A stretch of 54,179 nucleotides of DNA, counting the filler, from Hydrolagus affinis (lineage: Eukaryota): the NCBI GenBank assembly GCA_012026655.1. It is 3 parts of 3 records of this genome, joined end to end, with 100 filler letters (N's around TTAATTAATTAA, not from the genome) between each part and the next. Parts side by side here need not be neighbours in the genome. Positions count along the whole stretch, not along the records: positions 1 to 12,289 come from JAAILG010022152.1; positions 12,390 to 42,155 come from JAAILG010007786.1; 1 more part is not named here. The stretch is one strand, 5' to 3'. A model generated the notes under the pieces. The model did not search any database. It saw only the letters and a program-made list of their open reading frames with translations, and was not told where the DNA came from. The translations under genes were made by a program, and so were the position numbers. This document shows, piece by piece, positions 1 to 12,724 of the stretch. The first letter of the stretch is position 1. The number at the start of each line of letters is the position of its first letter.

Positions 1-873
1 TGGAACAGCTATAGAAAAACTTTTTCCACTGGTGTGGAATCCAGAACAAGAGATATCATCATAAAAATTGGAAACAAGAAGAGAAATCGCTGGTAACACT
101 CAGCAAGCGAGATGCGATAACAATAACAATAATAATCCTTGCATTATATATACCGCTTTTTCACGTCCTCTGGACGTCTCAAAGAGCTTCAGATGATGTT
201 CTGAAAGGTGAAATGACTCTATATTTATAGACGAAGCATGGCAGCAGAGCAGATTCCCCACAAATGGTCTTGGATTAAAATGACCAATTTTATTATTGTG
301 GATTTTTTGGAAGGTTTATTATTGAAGCATCCACGGAGAAAGGAAAGTGAACCAACTTCTCGGGTCCAAAATGCTTTATTCTGTAGAAGACTAATGGACC
401 CGAAACGTGGACTCAATATACTTTCTCTATCGATGCTGCCTGGCCTGCTGAGTGTTCCCAGCGACTTCGCTTTTTGTTTCATATTTCCAGCATCTGCAGA
501 ATTTGGGGTTTTTTGCTTAAAATTAGAGTCTGACTCTGAGCCAGTGGTGGAGGAAACAGGGGTGGTGACCAAAAGCACGAATTAACAGGGAGGTACTTCG
601 TCCCGGTTTCAAATTGGGGAGAGAGAGGTCAAGCGGCGGGATTAAGGGAGAGTGCCAGCGAGTATTGGTGTATGAAGTCACGGCCACTAATGGTGGAGTA
701 GAAGGGACGAGACACAAACAGGAGTCTGGAGCCAGCCGAGCGCAGGGAAAGTAGCTACTGGAGAGGGGGTGGGTTGTGGTAAGCTAAACGGAACAGGCTC
801 AATGGGCTGTATGGCCTCCTCGTGTCCATATATACTTTTGATCATGACTGGTGCAGAGGCTGATATTCATTAC

Positions 874-993
874 CTTGTTTGCGATTGTTGGTGATCTTTC
901 TGACAGCCACAATGACGATCCCAAAGAGCAGAAGAAACGCTATGGTTAGAATAGCATAAAGCCACTCCCTGTTTTCTCGACTTGTTGGAGGTT
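874..993 (-). CDS. Gene A exon 4, stalk and transmembrane segment
   Basis: Acceptor TCCTCAG, donor AAG/GTAATG; WLYAILTIAFLLLFGIVIVAV followed by RK; cytoplasmic exon(s) not found in the window. Confidence 0.8.
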
Positions 994-1679
994 CTGAGGA
1001 ACGCAAAGAAATGATAAGCGCATTATAAGAGTACACCAAATTAGTGCCGTTGGAGCTGCGAATATTCGGCGGTATTTTTTACGGCAACAATCACTTCAAA
1101 AATAAAATTAATTAAAATTACATAAAAGAAACAATAATAAATGAGTCATTTAAATGCATGATTGTTTGTGAGACATTGCTGTGCGCAACTTGCTGCTATA
1201 TTGCCTGCACAAACATACATTCAATTCCCTTTGCAGTATGTTTGAGACGGCTAGAAAATGTGAAAATATCCATATCGAATGCAAAGTTTGTTATTATTTA
1301 CTTTCAATAATAATATTTCGGCAATTGAATACACTACTTTGTGCTAGACACTGCTGCTCACAATTAGATTGCCACTCTTCACCACAAACGTGAGTGAATT
1401 TCCATTGAATTATATATTTTGAAGTGCTGTGAGATGACTCGGAGTTGTGATCTGCACTAGGTTAATTTCAATGATTGTTGTTATTTTGATAAGGTTATGT
1501 TCAGTATCAGTAAAAAATAACCCTTTGAATTGAGGCAGTGACTGCATGTGGAAAAGACTGATCAAATGTCTTCAGTCATAGATTATGTAGAGAAAGGAGA
1601 AAGCCTGGGATTGTTCTTCTGAAAGCAGAGACGGTTGACTAGCCTTCTGGTTCTCTAACCTGTATAACGGGCGCTGGAT

Positions 1680-2022
1680 AAATGCAAGTTATTATTGTTT
1701 CAATACGCTTCGCAGTAACATGTGGTGACCGTGTATGTTGTGGGCAAAATGTGGCAGATTATCATACACATCGATACAACACCAAAGTAATGGACTGAGT
1801 GACCAAATCGTTTTGAAATAAAATTATTTTCAATGGAATCTTGCCCCCGGAAAATTAATCCACGAATCGAATAACAAGCGGATTTCTTCCTGCTGCTCGG
1901 TAAACAGAGGTGTGTGCGCAGTAAGGAAACCTGCCCAGCATTCTGCACTGTCCCACTCGCGAATCAAACCCGGCTTCTCCCGTTTGTGAGATTAACGCTC
2001 TAAACGCTGAGCTACAGGACTA
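1680..2022 (-). mobile_element. tRNA-headed SINE
   Basis: Head AGTCCTGTAGCTCAGCGTTTAGAGCG on the minus strand, GTAAGGAAAC body motif. Confidence 0.7.
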
Positions 2023-2136
2023 CATGTGGATGGTGAAATGCAAATTGGAAGGACCCTGTTCTTCTCTCTATTGGCAATTTCGTATAGACAGGAAATACGA
2101 GGAGTTGGTCAGGTGAATAGCCATGTGGCTAGTTAC

Positions 2137-2439
2137 CTGTGTGATATAATGCAGTTTGATTTCCAATGTTTTCAGTGGAGTTGAGATGAATGCAAGTGCA
2201 GACAACGCCGCTCTCCCATATCTCCATTGGGATGTTGATCTGACTCCTGATGCTGTAGGTTCCATCTGGTCCAATGATACCCGAATCAGTCAGACCCTCC
2301 ATACGTTGTCCAGCCACCGTCCAGTGGATGGGAGAGGAACCTGGGGTCACTCCACTGACCACACACATCAATGGGACTGTCTCCATTGACAGGTTCTCAT
2401 CCGATGCAGGCGATAAAATATATATCCTGGGGGGACCGG
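2137..2439 (-). CDS. Gene A exon 3, Ig C1-set domain
   Basis: Acceptor TCTCAG, donor CAG/GTAACT, 303 nt, phase 1-1; PLMCVVSGV..IHW..DGTYSIRSQ..W..CTC pattern. Confidence 0.88.
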
Positions 2440-3497
2440 CTGAGACCAGTGAACAGAAAACAATCAACTGAACTTGACAACAGCAACACATCACACGAAC
2501 AACAATATTATATTTGCTTATTGCCTTTCACATCAGGAGGACATGTACAAAGCGCACGCAGATCCGCATAAGTGATCATTAAGCTACTTGGAGTGAAAAT
2601 AATATTTATATTTGCGTTTCATAGAAAGCCTGGTCTCGTCTGCAAGACGGCTCAAAGCACTTGACATGAAACACACCATACACGTAGTGACTGGGTAGTG
2701 CTGCGAGAATCGTGGCAGTGAATTGCTCACAGCAGTGTGCAACACACAGTCGTGCATGTAGTGACCATTTTGTTACTTTTTGATTTTTGAGAGAATATTA
2801 GCACCGAAAAAGGTAATCCAGCAATGGATTAACAACTGTTTACCTTCTTACTGCTGGTAAACAGAGTAAGGAAACTTAACCAAAATTTCGCCTGCTCTTG
2901 CCTGAAAATTGCACTCAGTTCGTCTAGGTTGCAAATCGAATGCTGTAGCTTTAGGCTCTATGCCCCAAACTGACTGTGGATTATGGCCGTATTCATTCCC
3001 ATTGACAAGACTGGAGTGCGGAAATCTTTTGTAGGTCAGGGTATCAAGTGGAATGGGGCAAAGGCAGGCAACTGTAATTAAGATAAAGGTTCAGTTGCGA
3101 TCTTACAGTAAGACCAGGGAGGCTCACGGAGCTGCAAGCCTTCCTTCTCTTTGTACGTTCTTAAATTCCTATTGTGCCCAATACAAAAATCATTCGCCTC
3201 ACAAGCGAGAGTACCTGAGTTCGCTTCCCGTCAGGGCAAAATATCAGGCAAGTTCTCTTGGATCGCTTCTTCAGTGTTAGTAATTTAATCAAAAACAACA
3301 ATAATAATAATAAATTCGTCACTCGGTTTGTAGGACACTGCTGTTCGTAATTGGCTGCCACGTTTTGCTAACAAAATATACAATCAAATCGCAATATCAT
3401 GTGAAGTACAGTGAGATATCTTGAAGACACAGACAGGTGCTTTTTCATGTGCAAGACTATGTGATTCTTACACATCAAAATATTTGTTGAAACTTAC

Positions 3498-3833
3498 CTG
3501 CAATTATGACATTGGAGCCATTCCCAAATACAATGGTTCCACTTGTATAATTTCTAGCAGAACAGTAATATGTCCCCGAATCTTTTCTCTGAGCATTTTC
3601 GATGATGAAAGTATGATGATACCGGTCAGTTTTGTTCTCTTTCTGTATCCCATTTGGAGAAGTTTGTGATACCGTATAGACACTTTTTAGCTTCTCATTG
3701 TGTCTCTGTGTGTACCATCTAACAGCAATGCTCAGGGAGTGCATGCTGCCGTAACAATGAATCTTCACAGTCTTCCCAACCGCCAATGTCTGCAGTGCTG
3801 GAGTCTGCTCCAAAGCCATCCGCGGTACCACAA
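3498..3833 (-). CDS. Gene A exon 2, germline-joined VJ-type Ig V domain
   Basis: Acceptor TTTCAG, donor CAG/GTAAGT; B-strand Cys (KIHC), WYTQ, DSGTYYC, J-like FGNGSNVII; no RSS between V and J parts. Confidence 0.9.
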
Positions 3834-4357
3834 CTGAAACAAAGTCAAACGTTGTGCCAGATTACAGCCAAGTCATTGATTCAAGGAAATAAATTGTTTG
3901 TGAACAGTTAGTAATAATATGCAATATTAATATTGCCTCTGAGCCAAGGCAACATACTTCCCGGAAGATAATAACAACAATATTTATCATGACGTCTTCG
4001 AAACGACTCAAAGCTGAATTGAATTGACTCAAGTGAATTGACTGTAAATATTCTGTGGGCTGTCGAGTTTACCCTCAAACCGCTTGACAATGTATACTGG
4101 TTACAAATGAAGCGCCTTTTGATGTCTTGAAGAAGGGATGAGGCGCTGTGTCAAATGCAAGGAATTTTATTTTTATCCCCCATTTAAAATTAATTGTTCA
4201 GCACATTGCTGTCCTTTGGATAGATGCTGTGTGCCAACAAAGTACACATCCACTAAATTGTACAGTAAACCCTTCAAATGGCATTGAGATTACTCCACAT
4301 AAAATGCTGCAATTATTATTTTGACTGGCGTATTTGATGAGAATATTAAATTCTAAC

Positions 4358-4400
4358 CTTGAAGAAGATGAGAGAGCGCACAGAGCATTAAGACCCTCAT
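4358..4400 (-). CDS. Gene A exon 1, signal peptide (MRVLMLCALSHLLQ)
   Basis: ATG at 4400-4398, 43 nt, hydrophobic, phase-1 donor AAG/GTTAG; in phase with the V exon. Confidence 0.75.
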
Positions 4401-5879
4401 TTTGTCTGTGTGGATCTGAGCTGCTTGTGACTGTATCAAAACTTTCCGCTCGTTATGAGCAATACATTTATGGTCAGTTTGGCGGCTGGAAAGTTTGACG
4501 TACAGAGCGAGGTTCGAAAACCGCATGTTTATTAATAACTTGAGAATAAGCACAAGTACATTGTTTCAGGCAACACATATTTTTGTGGTTTTCCTGTTTG
4601 TGTATTGAACGCCCTCTTGTACACTATGGTCTGTAAAGGGCATCCAATCATATTACTTGTTTCTCTCTCACCTCCAAATAGAGAGCGAGATGTTGATATG
4701 AAGTGAGGCTTGATACAGTGACCAATTTAACGACACACCGAGTGTGGTCTGAATGTGGTCAAATTTCTTGTATTCAGACAACGGCAATAATAAAAATATA
4801 TCAATTGGCCAATCAACCCATGACAATTTATGGGACTTCACTGTGCGCAATTGACTGCCGCATTTCACCCATAAAATACTTAGTCAGTTCGCTTTGCAGG
4901 ATTGACTGTGAAGTGTTTCGTGATATATCGAAGTTGTGATTATATCTGTGTTGAATGCAATGACTATTATCGTTCCTAGTTATCTATTTGTAGTATCCAG
5001 CCATTTACGCTGAACTGAGAGACCATATCATTTTCCTTGAATTTATAGACCAACTGATAAACAACATTAATTGTAATTAAAATAGATTAACGATAATACA
5101 GAAGGATGCTTAGCTGGAGGTTTGAGACTACTTGATGAGGGAGCGCTCCACCAACCCCAATGGCATATTTTTTTTAAAAAAATTAGCATAATTGTCCATG
5201 TCCATTTACAATACGTGATTGGGAGTTGTGATAATACAACTCTGTCCATCAGTTTGGCACAAATAAAACTCTTCAGAATCGAGGCTAAACATAACCAAAC
5301 GTTGTACCCAATATACATATTTCTCTATTTAAAATTGAATGCTCTCCCATTGCCCTGAAATTTCCGATTTGATGGGATACTGAGATTCAAAATTCTTGTT
5401 ACTTTTGTTGGCTAGAAACATCAAAGCCACAATTATTCAATCACTGAATGTAAAGATTGAATGTAAAGATTATTGTTGATCCAATTTCCCACCAAGTACT
5501 TTGGTCCTTTGTTGAATATCTATCAGGAATGATTGAAAGTGATTACCTCAGTTATATTGTTCTGAATTATAGTCTCAGTCTTTCTGTGGCTTGAATATAT
5601 CGTGCGTTCATTTAACGATTACAGTTTATATTGGCAAGCAGGTAGTTTAACTTCATAAGTACTATTAATCGTGAATTAATGCAACTAAAGCACGACACAA
5701 AACTTGAGATCAATTAAGGACAGTTAATGAGTAACTGAGAAGACTTGGTTAGAATCAAGCTAAACACAGGGCGAGACAATGGAAACATTTCCTGACTTCT
5801 CACAAATACCTCCTTCCGCCTAACAGTATGAAGAAACACAATAATTGTTAAATTGGTGGAATGCTTTCGGAATAATAAT

Positions 5880-6195
5880 CCATATCCTCACCCATCTCTT
5901 CAAATCCGTCCACTCCTCTGTACCTCTTCGACCTCGTCTCTCCACAAACGAACACCCGCTGCCTTCACTCCACCAGGTCTGGTCTACTCCGTATCCCCCG
6001 AATCCTCCGCTCCACCCTCGGCGGCCTTAACTACAGCCACCACGCCCTGAGGCTCTGGAACTCCCTTCCTCACTCCCCTCTCTTCCCAGTTTCAGATCCC
6101 AGCTAAATACTTTCTCTTCGACCGTGCCATTGATCACCTTTCTACCCCTGCCCCTGGCTCGGTCACCGGATCCATTGTTGTGAAGCGTTGTTGCT
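5880..6195 (+). mobile_element. L2 LINE 3' fragment
   Basis: Aligns to the 3' part of the copy at 32230-32950; ends TTGTGAAGCG..TAATAATAAT. Confidence 0.7.
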
Positions 6196-6982
6196 AATAA
6201 TAATGATTTGGTCACTAAATTGAAGTCTATTACTGGCACAATTGGCTGCTACGTTTGGTGAAGAAAATATATATTCAATCCACATCAGGCTATTTATGGC
6301 GCCTGGATGTCGCAAATTTCCGCTACACTGAACAAAGGGATTATTATTGTTTCAAATGCAAGTGTCATCATTATCTCAAGCATGTACAGTATTGGCTTGT
6401 TTGTCAAAGGCGGGTCTCGCTACGTAATAGAATTTCTCGCACTTATCACTGTCTATAAGTCAAGTCTGACCACTGTGCTGCAGAGAGGTTTCAGTGAGTT
6501 GTTCGTGCGTGGTATCGGACATATAACAGACCTCTATCTTAAGCGTGCGCTAAACAAATTTTTTCCCCCATTTCATTCCATAACTCGCAAGCTCTCCGCA
6601 GCAAACTGGTCAGGTCGATTGACTCATCATGACAAAAATACTATCGTCAGTCCTTCTCTCTGTCACGCTGTCCTGGATAAACAGTAAGTTTAAACGTGCG
6701 ATGTGATCTTTTATGGGGAGGATGGCAGAGAAACACAAACAAAACAATTTAGCAGAGAAAGATTTTGAAAGGAGTGATTATTTACTACCATACGTTCAGA
6801 CAATAAATGGAAAGGCGTTTAGTGCAGGAAGAGAACACGGGAATACTTTTAGTCTACGGATGAAAATAATTTACACAGTTCTCTTTCGCAAGTTTTACAA
6901 AAAAAGGACTGAGTTCAACTCAATTCAAATTTTTTGTATTTTCAAAGCGGACCAAATTTTATATTTCAAGATAAAACGGTAA

Positions 6983-7154
6983 NNNNNNNNNNNNNNNNNN
7001 NNNNNNNNNNNNNNNNNNNNNNNNNNNNNNNNNNNNNNNNNNNNNNNNNNNNNNNNNNNNNNNNNNNNNNNNNNNNNNNNNNNNNNNNNNNNNNNNNNNN
7101 NNNNNNNNNNNNNNNNNNNNNNNNNNNNNNNNNNNNNNNNNNNNNNNNNNNNNN
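6983..7154. other. Assembly gap (172 N)
   Basis: Run of N between genes A and B. Confidence 0.99.
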
Positions 7155-7646
7155 AAAGGCCACTGATCACTTCTTCGAGAAGTCTCACAACTTTTCGCAG
7201 GATACATACATTGTAAAGTGTAGTGATTTGTTGTCTGGCTTGATGTACATTAGTTTTTTATGCGCTCTTGGACGCTACCATGGGGAGCTTTAGGGAAAAT
7301 AAAATTATTGCTGTCTACATCATGTATCCTGCCTCCCCCGCCCCACTATTGACAATCAGGGCTTCAGCCACACTGCCCCGACCATTGGGAACTTCAGCAC
7401 GCATACCCTTTGTTTCGCATTGTCCCTTTGCTCTTTCAAGTGGTGTCTCAAGATCCTGCTCCTCAACCGAACCTTCGGGAACCCTCCTATCTAAGCCCCC
7501 AGCTCGGGTGCAGACACTGATAATCCCAGTACGTTGTGTTGTCCTACGCACATGAATGTCAGGCGCTATGTAAATATAATGTCGTACTGTTGTTGTTTCT
7601 TTCGTTTAACTCTAACTTCAATTAAACGGCTTTGTTTCCCATTCAG

Positions 7647-7952
7647 AATCTGAACCTCTCGCGTCGCTGTTCCCCTATCTCTCTTTGGTCAAGGTTGGCG
7701 AGGATATTGAGGTAAAATGCAACACAAGCTATGAGATTGAAACTGTTTGGTACAAACAAACTGATGGGGAAGCCCCACAGCTAATCGACACTCAATCCTG
7801 CAAAGGGTCATCTTGTAAATTTGCTTCTGAAACAGTCAACGGAGCTTTAAAACTGAAAATCCGTGATGTACAGAGGAATGATTCTGGCTCATACTATTGC
7901 TCTGACCAATATAGCGACTTTCTATGGAACGCATCAACTCTACTTGTCGGAG
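7647..7952 (+). CDS. Gene B Ig V-type domain exon
   Basis: Acceptor ATTCAG, donor GAG/GTAAGA, 306 nt, phase 1-1; EVKC, VWYKQ, DSGSYYC, degenerate J-like FLWNASTLLV; leader exon not found. Confidence 0.85.
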
Positions 7953-8529
7953 GTAAGAATGACATTTTGTTTGTGATCTGACGCGTTCCACCTACTCATG
8001 GGTATATTCCTCATTGGTTTATTGATTGATCAAGATACACACTCTCTGGAGGGAGGTACAATGCTCGCCTAATTAAATAGTGTATTAAGCGCAGATTGGC
8101 GAGATCAAAGGCTTGTTGAGAGAGGGCAGAGTGGAGAACACATGGTGTGTGTTCGGATAAATGCTGAACCCACTCAGTGAGGCATTTGAGATATTGGCTA
8201 AAATCCCTCCGCCTCAATAATGCTACGGGCCCCCTCTACTCCGTTCTAAAAACCTTCGATTTGACCGCTCATTCATCCACGCTCTCACACACAATGTGCC
8301 TGCTCCATAATCCTGCTGACTCCAACTCCCAACTCAAGTCCATAAACCGTTGTCTGTATAGCGCTCTGGTGCGCCATCCTGACATGATGGCCGCTGGAGA
8401 ATCATACAATCTTACTGCACAAAAGGAGGCCATTCTACCTATCGAATCAAGTCGGCTCTTTGAAAAGAGCGATTTAATCTTATTCCGCAACTCTCTGCCC
8501 ATAATCTCGCAAACTAACTTTCCGAAATA

Positions 8530-8905
8530 AACGTCTCCCTCTCTTTTAATTTTTTTTTTATCGAATCGGCCTCCACAACCTTTTCAGGCAATGCATTCCA
8601 GATTCGAACAAATCGCAGGGAAAACAAAATACTCCTAACCTGCCCTCTGCTTCCTTTTGAAACTATTTTAAATCTGTGACCACGATTCACTGATATTCTC
8701 ATCAGTGGAAACAGTTTTTCTCTATTTACTCTATCGAATTCCTCCATCATCTTAAAAATCTCTAATAGGTCTCCACGCAACATTCTTTGTTCTAATGAGA
8801 ATACACCTAGCCTCTGTAGCCTTTCTTCATAGCGAAAGTTCCTGATTCCTGGTACCGTCCTGGTAAATCACCTCTGCACTCTTTTCAGTGCCTTGGAATC
8901 ATTCC
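8530..8905 (-). mobile_element. CR1 LINE fragment
   Basis: ORF 8514..8783: LRGDLLEIFKMM..LFPL..RGHRFKI..VRIWNALP..VVEA, the CR1 ORF2 C-terminus. Confidence 0.85.
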
Positions 8906-8954
8906 TACAAAAGTAAGTTTCTGCTAGTGAGAGAGCTATTTGCAAGATTAAATA

Positions 8955-9270
8955 ATACGTAAGAATAGTAACCTTTGGTTTTGAAATAGCGCTTTTCCGT
9001 TCTTCTAGGCTTCTCAAAGTGCTTCACAATATGTGCTGTAAAGTTAGTTGACTGCATATTTGTATGCGGAACAAGGCAGCCAATTGCACACAGCAGTGTC
9101 CCACAAACAGACGTGAATTGAAAGCACCAACTTTTTTTTGACAGCACATTATTACGCGTGTAGAATAAGGAAACTTGCCCAAAGTTTCGCTCTGATCTGG
9201 CTAGATTCGCAAACTGGTCTCAGGCTTGTAAAATAAGTGCTCTAACCACTGAACTACAAGACTTCAGAAC
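8955..9270 (-). mobile_element. tRNA-headed SINE
   Basis: Head, core (GGGACACTGCTGTGTGCAATTGGCTGCC) and tail all recognisable. Confidence 0.75.
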
Positions 9271-9352
9271 TCCAGCTTTCTCACTGTCCCAGGTAACAGT
9301 AATATTGAGTCGGTACAAACTATTACCTCCTCTTGTCTGTCTCCCACCTCAG

Positions 9353-9673
9353 AGAGTTCCACAGACAAGACGTCCTTGCAAATATTCGTGCCTCAGTTTC
9401 GCCTGGATTCCGATGAGTCGGTTCCCTTGGTGTGTTTGGTCAGCGGAGTGTCCTCCAATATGGTTCCCGTGTTCTGGAATGTGTCAGGACAAGTAACGGC
9501 GGGAGCGAGTGATCAAGGGACGCACCAACCTGACCGAACTCACAGTGTGAGGAGTCAGATCCTTATCTCAAATGACTCCTGGATCGAAGGTGCCATGTGC
9601 ACTTGTGTTGCTCAAGTGTCTCCAGAGAAAACAATGGAGAAGAGCGTGAGGAACCAAGAAAAAAGGAAAAATG
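9353..9673 (+). CDS. Gene B Ig C1-set domain exon
   Basis: Acceptor CCTCAG, donor ATG/GTGAAT, 321 nt; PLVCLVSGV..VFW..DRTHSVRSQ..W..CTC, alignable to gene A C1. Confidence 0.85.
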
Positions 9674-9711
9674 GTGAATTTACAGATTAGTTAGCTACTA
9701 ACTAGATTAGT

Positions 9712-10145
9712 TCGTCCCTGTAGCTCAGTAGTTAGAGCGCTCGCCATGAGAGGACACGGGTTCGTTTACTGGACATGTCAGGGTGAATCGTTGGATAGTT
9801 TTCATTACATGTGAGCCATGTGGCTCAGTATCTAGAGCTCTCGTCTTTCAAGCGTGAGACCGGTGTTCTAATCCAGCCAGATGAGGGCGAATCCTGGGGC
9901 AAGTTTCTTTGCTCCACATACACGCCTAATAATAATCCTTCCGATAAACAACCAAAATAATAAAATATTGTCATTTTGAATCCACGGCTGTTTATAAGGA
10001 CGCTGCTGTGCGCAATTGGCTGCTGTGTTTCATACACAAATATACAGCTAATTCACTTTACAGTATATACCGTGAAGCGCTTTGATACGTTGATAAGATG
10101 TGGAAAGCGCTATTTCAAATCAAGGATTATTATTAGTATTATTGT
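9712..10145 (+). mobile_element. tRNA-headed SINE with doubled head
   Basis: A-box-like starts at 9720 and 9824, then core and (ATT)n tail. Confidence 0.75.
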
Positions 10146-10713
10146 TACTGCACATACACATGCACAGAAATCTCTGTTTACCAAACTGTAAGTAGGAACC
10201 CGCTTGTTAGTCAATTGGTATTTTGTAGGTAATAATGCCTTGAAAATATGTATGTTTTAAAAAGTAATAGTTAGATCTCTTCGATTCAAGACTGATTGTG
10301 GCGAAGTCGCTGTGCGAATTTTGCTGCAGAGTTTCAACTAAAAAGCACAGTCAAGTCATTTAAAATCACTGCGAAGCGTTTTGAAATTAATGGAAAATGT
10401 GAAAAAGCGCTGTCTCACGAACATGGATGATTATTATTATTACATTCTAAACGAATGTTCAGAGTTGTTCATAATCTAACTTCAAACACGCGGACACATA
10501 TGTTAACCAGCAGTAAGTAATAACCCGCTTGTTGGTCGATTGGCGGAACTATATCCAATGGAAATTTTTGGATTTTTTACATCCAAAAATGTTCAAGGGT
10601 ATGTGGGACGAGAATGTGTGTATAATGGTTGGCAGCTAGGAATGTGCCAAGTAATAGGATGTATCTCACTCTATCTCTCTTTTACTCTCTCATAGACTCT
10701 CTTCACACTGCAG

Positions 10714-10812
10714 ATGATTTCCTTCTGATCACCATTGGTATTACTGCTCTGGTTTTCTTGTTTGTACTTGTGTTTCTTCTCTCCGCCCCACTTTGGAAAT
10801 GGAAACCGACAG
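10714..10812 (+). CDS. Gene B transmembrane exon
   Basis: Acceptor CTGCAG (in-frame alternative at 10696), donor CAG/GTAAGC; FLLITIGITALVFLFVLVFLL then WKWKP. Confidence 0.8.
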
Positions 10813-12289
10813 GTAAGCAACAACAGCTAAAAACATTACACTTACAGATCGTCCCAAGGCGCTGAAAGTCTTGTTGAGATTGCAATTTTCATAGAACCTG
10901 TAATTTTATCATAAATCTGTCAACTAGTTCAAAAGAAGAATTTGTTGAGGACAAATTTGCAAGTTTATCGGGGGAGATCGGGGGTAGAGGTGGGGGTGGG
11001 GGGGAGGGAGTTGGAAGAGTTGATAGCTCTAACAAGGAACCAGCAGTGACAAAATGGGCTGAATGGCCTCTTCGGTACTGTTGTATACGACTTACAACAA
11101 AAATTACAACCAACTATATTAACACAACACAACGTTGGGAAAGTTTCTTTGCTCCCAGTCACCTCTATTTATCAATAGTGAGCGGAAACCTGCCTATTAT
11201 TGAGTTGTTGGATAGCTATTCAGGAGGTAATAATTGCTTCCAGAAAGTAAAAAAATAACAGTTTGGTCACTGGATCCATGACTATTTGTCGGACGCTGCT
11301 GTGCGCAATTGTCTGCCGTTTTCACCCACAAAATATACAATAAATTCACTTTGCAATGTGTCCGGTGAAACGCATTGAAACGTCTCAAAGATATGATTTG
11401 TCGAAGGCAAGGATTAAAGACGACAATTTCATTTTGATCTCCTAATCTTTTTTAAGCAGAAAACGCCAAGATGGGACGCAATAAACGGTAAAAAAAATAC
11501 GTTCAATGTTTCTTTCACAGTAAAAACCTCTATTGTGTTTGATATTCCAGTCCACGTCAATAGTGTATTTTTTTTAGCTCGAAATAAATGCGTAGTAGGA
11601 CGACAATGGCAAATTATCATGAGAAAAAAGTGGCAGTTACCACATACAACTGCTACAGTTCACCCGAAAAATAGACAGTCAATTCACTCTATGTTACTTT
11701 CTGTGGAGCGCTTTGAGACTTCCCGAAAACGTGATAAGGAACTGTATAAAAATGCAAGGATTATTATTTTTAAAGAATTAGTCATTTAGTTAAGTATTTT
11801 CATCTATTTATATTTTAAATAACAGTCTTTTGATTTCCGAATTTCCAGTGACAATCCGAAAATGAAAACAAAATTAGGAAATTATGAACATGCAGGTGAG
11901 ATTCATTCCAGTAATTTTAGAACAAGATTATTCCAATTGAGATTTCTATTATATTATACCAATCTGTGTCACGCTCAAAGTGTTTTGATACAACTCCGTT
12001 GGCGACATATTTTATAACGGTTTAACATGTGGGTTCCCGTAGCTTGGTAGTTATATTACTTTCCCAGCAAGCGAGAGGGTATAGGTTCAACTCCCAGGCA
12101 GGTTCAAATTTGGGCAGTTTACTGACTCCACAAGCACAACTGCCTCTCTGTAAGTAAGAAAAATAAGAATGTTGTAACTCAATCCACAAAATATATAGTA
12201 AATTCACTTTCTGTGTATACTTTGAAGCAAATTACGGCGTCAAGACGAAGTGATAATAGGTTATGTCAAATAAAAGGATGATTATTATT

Positions 12290-12389
12290 NNNNNNNNNNN
12301 NNNNNNNNNNNNNNNNNNNNNNNNNNNNNNNNNTTAATTAATTAANNNNNNNNNNNNNNNNNNNNNNNNNNNNNNNNNNNNNNNNNNNN
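12290..12389. other. Artificial 100-nt gap spacer (44 N + TTAATTAATTAA + 44 N)
   Basis: Identical structure at 42156-42255; the 12-mer has stops in all six frames. Confidence 0.95.
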
Positions 12390-12692
12390 TTTCGGGCTCC
12401 TTGACATGCTGAGTCTTTCAAGTAGAGCTTGGAGGTAAAGAGGGAGGTAAGGATGGGGTTGAGGGTGTATGTGGTTGGTTATTCGAGTTATAGCATTGGT
12501 GAGAGAGAGGAATGTGAGACGGATGCATGTGAATGAAGGGATTCTAAGGGTCCGGGGTGTGTGGAAGAGGTAGGCAGGGGTAGAAATGGCTGAATGCATC
12601 CTCTCTACTAAGGATTTGAGGAAGCATTGCCATGGCAAGTATCAAACATCTTGTTTGACCTGAGTAATATCATGCAATTCAATGTCTGCAAT

Positions 12693-12694
<2 letters not shown>

Positions 12695-12724
<30 letters not shown>

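Noticed and set aside
225-717. ORFs 238..585, 225..578 and 523..717 as genes or the tail of gene A
   Set aside because: They run through Penelope-type and CR1 repeat remnants; no splice-compatible exon or signalling motif
9718-9790. tRNA genes suggested by A- and B-box motifs (many copies)
   Set aside because: No intact cloverleaf or acceptor stem; each continues into the SINE body
12334-12345. TTAATTAATTAA palindrome inside N runs (also 42200-42211)
   Set aside because: Identical 44N-12mer-44N structure twice; an assembly spacer, not biology
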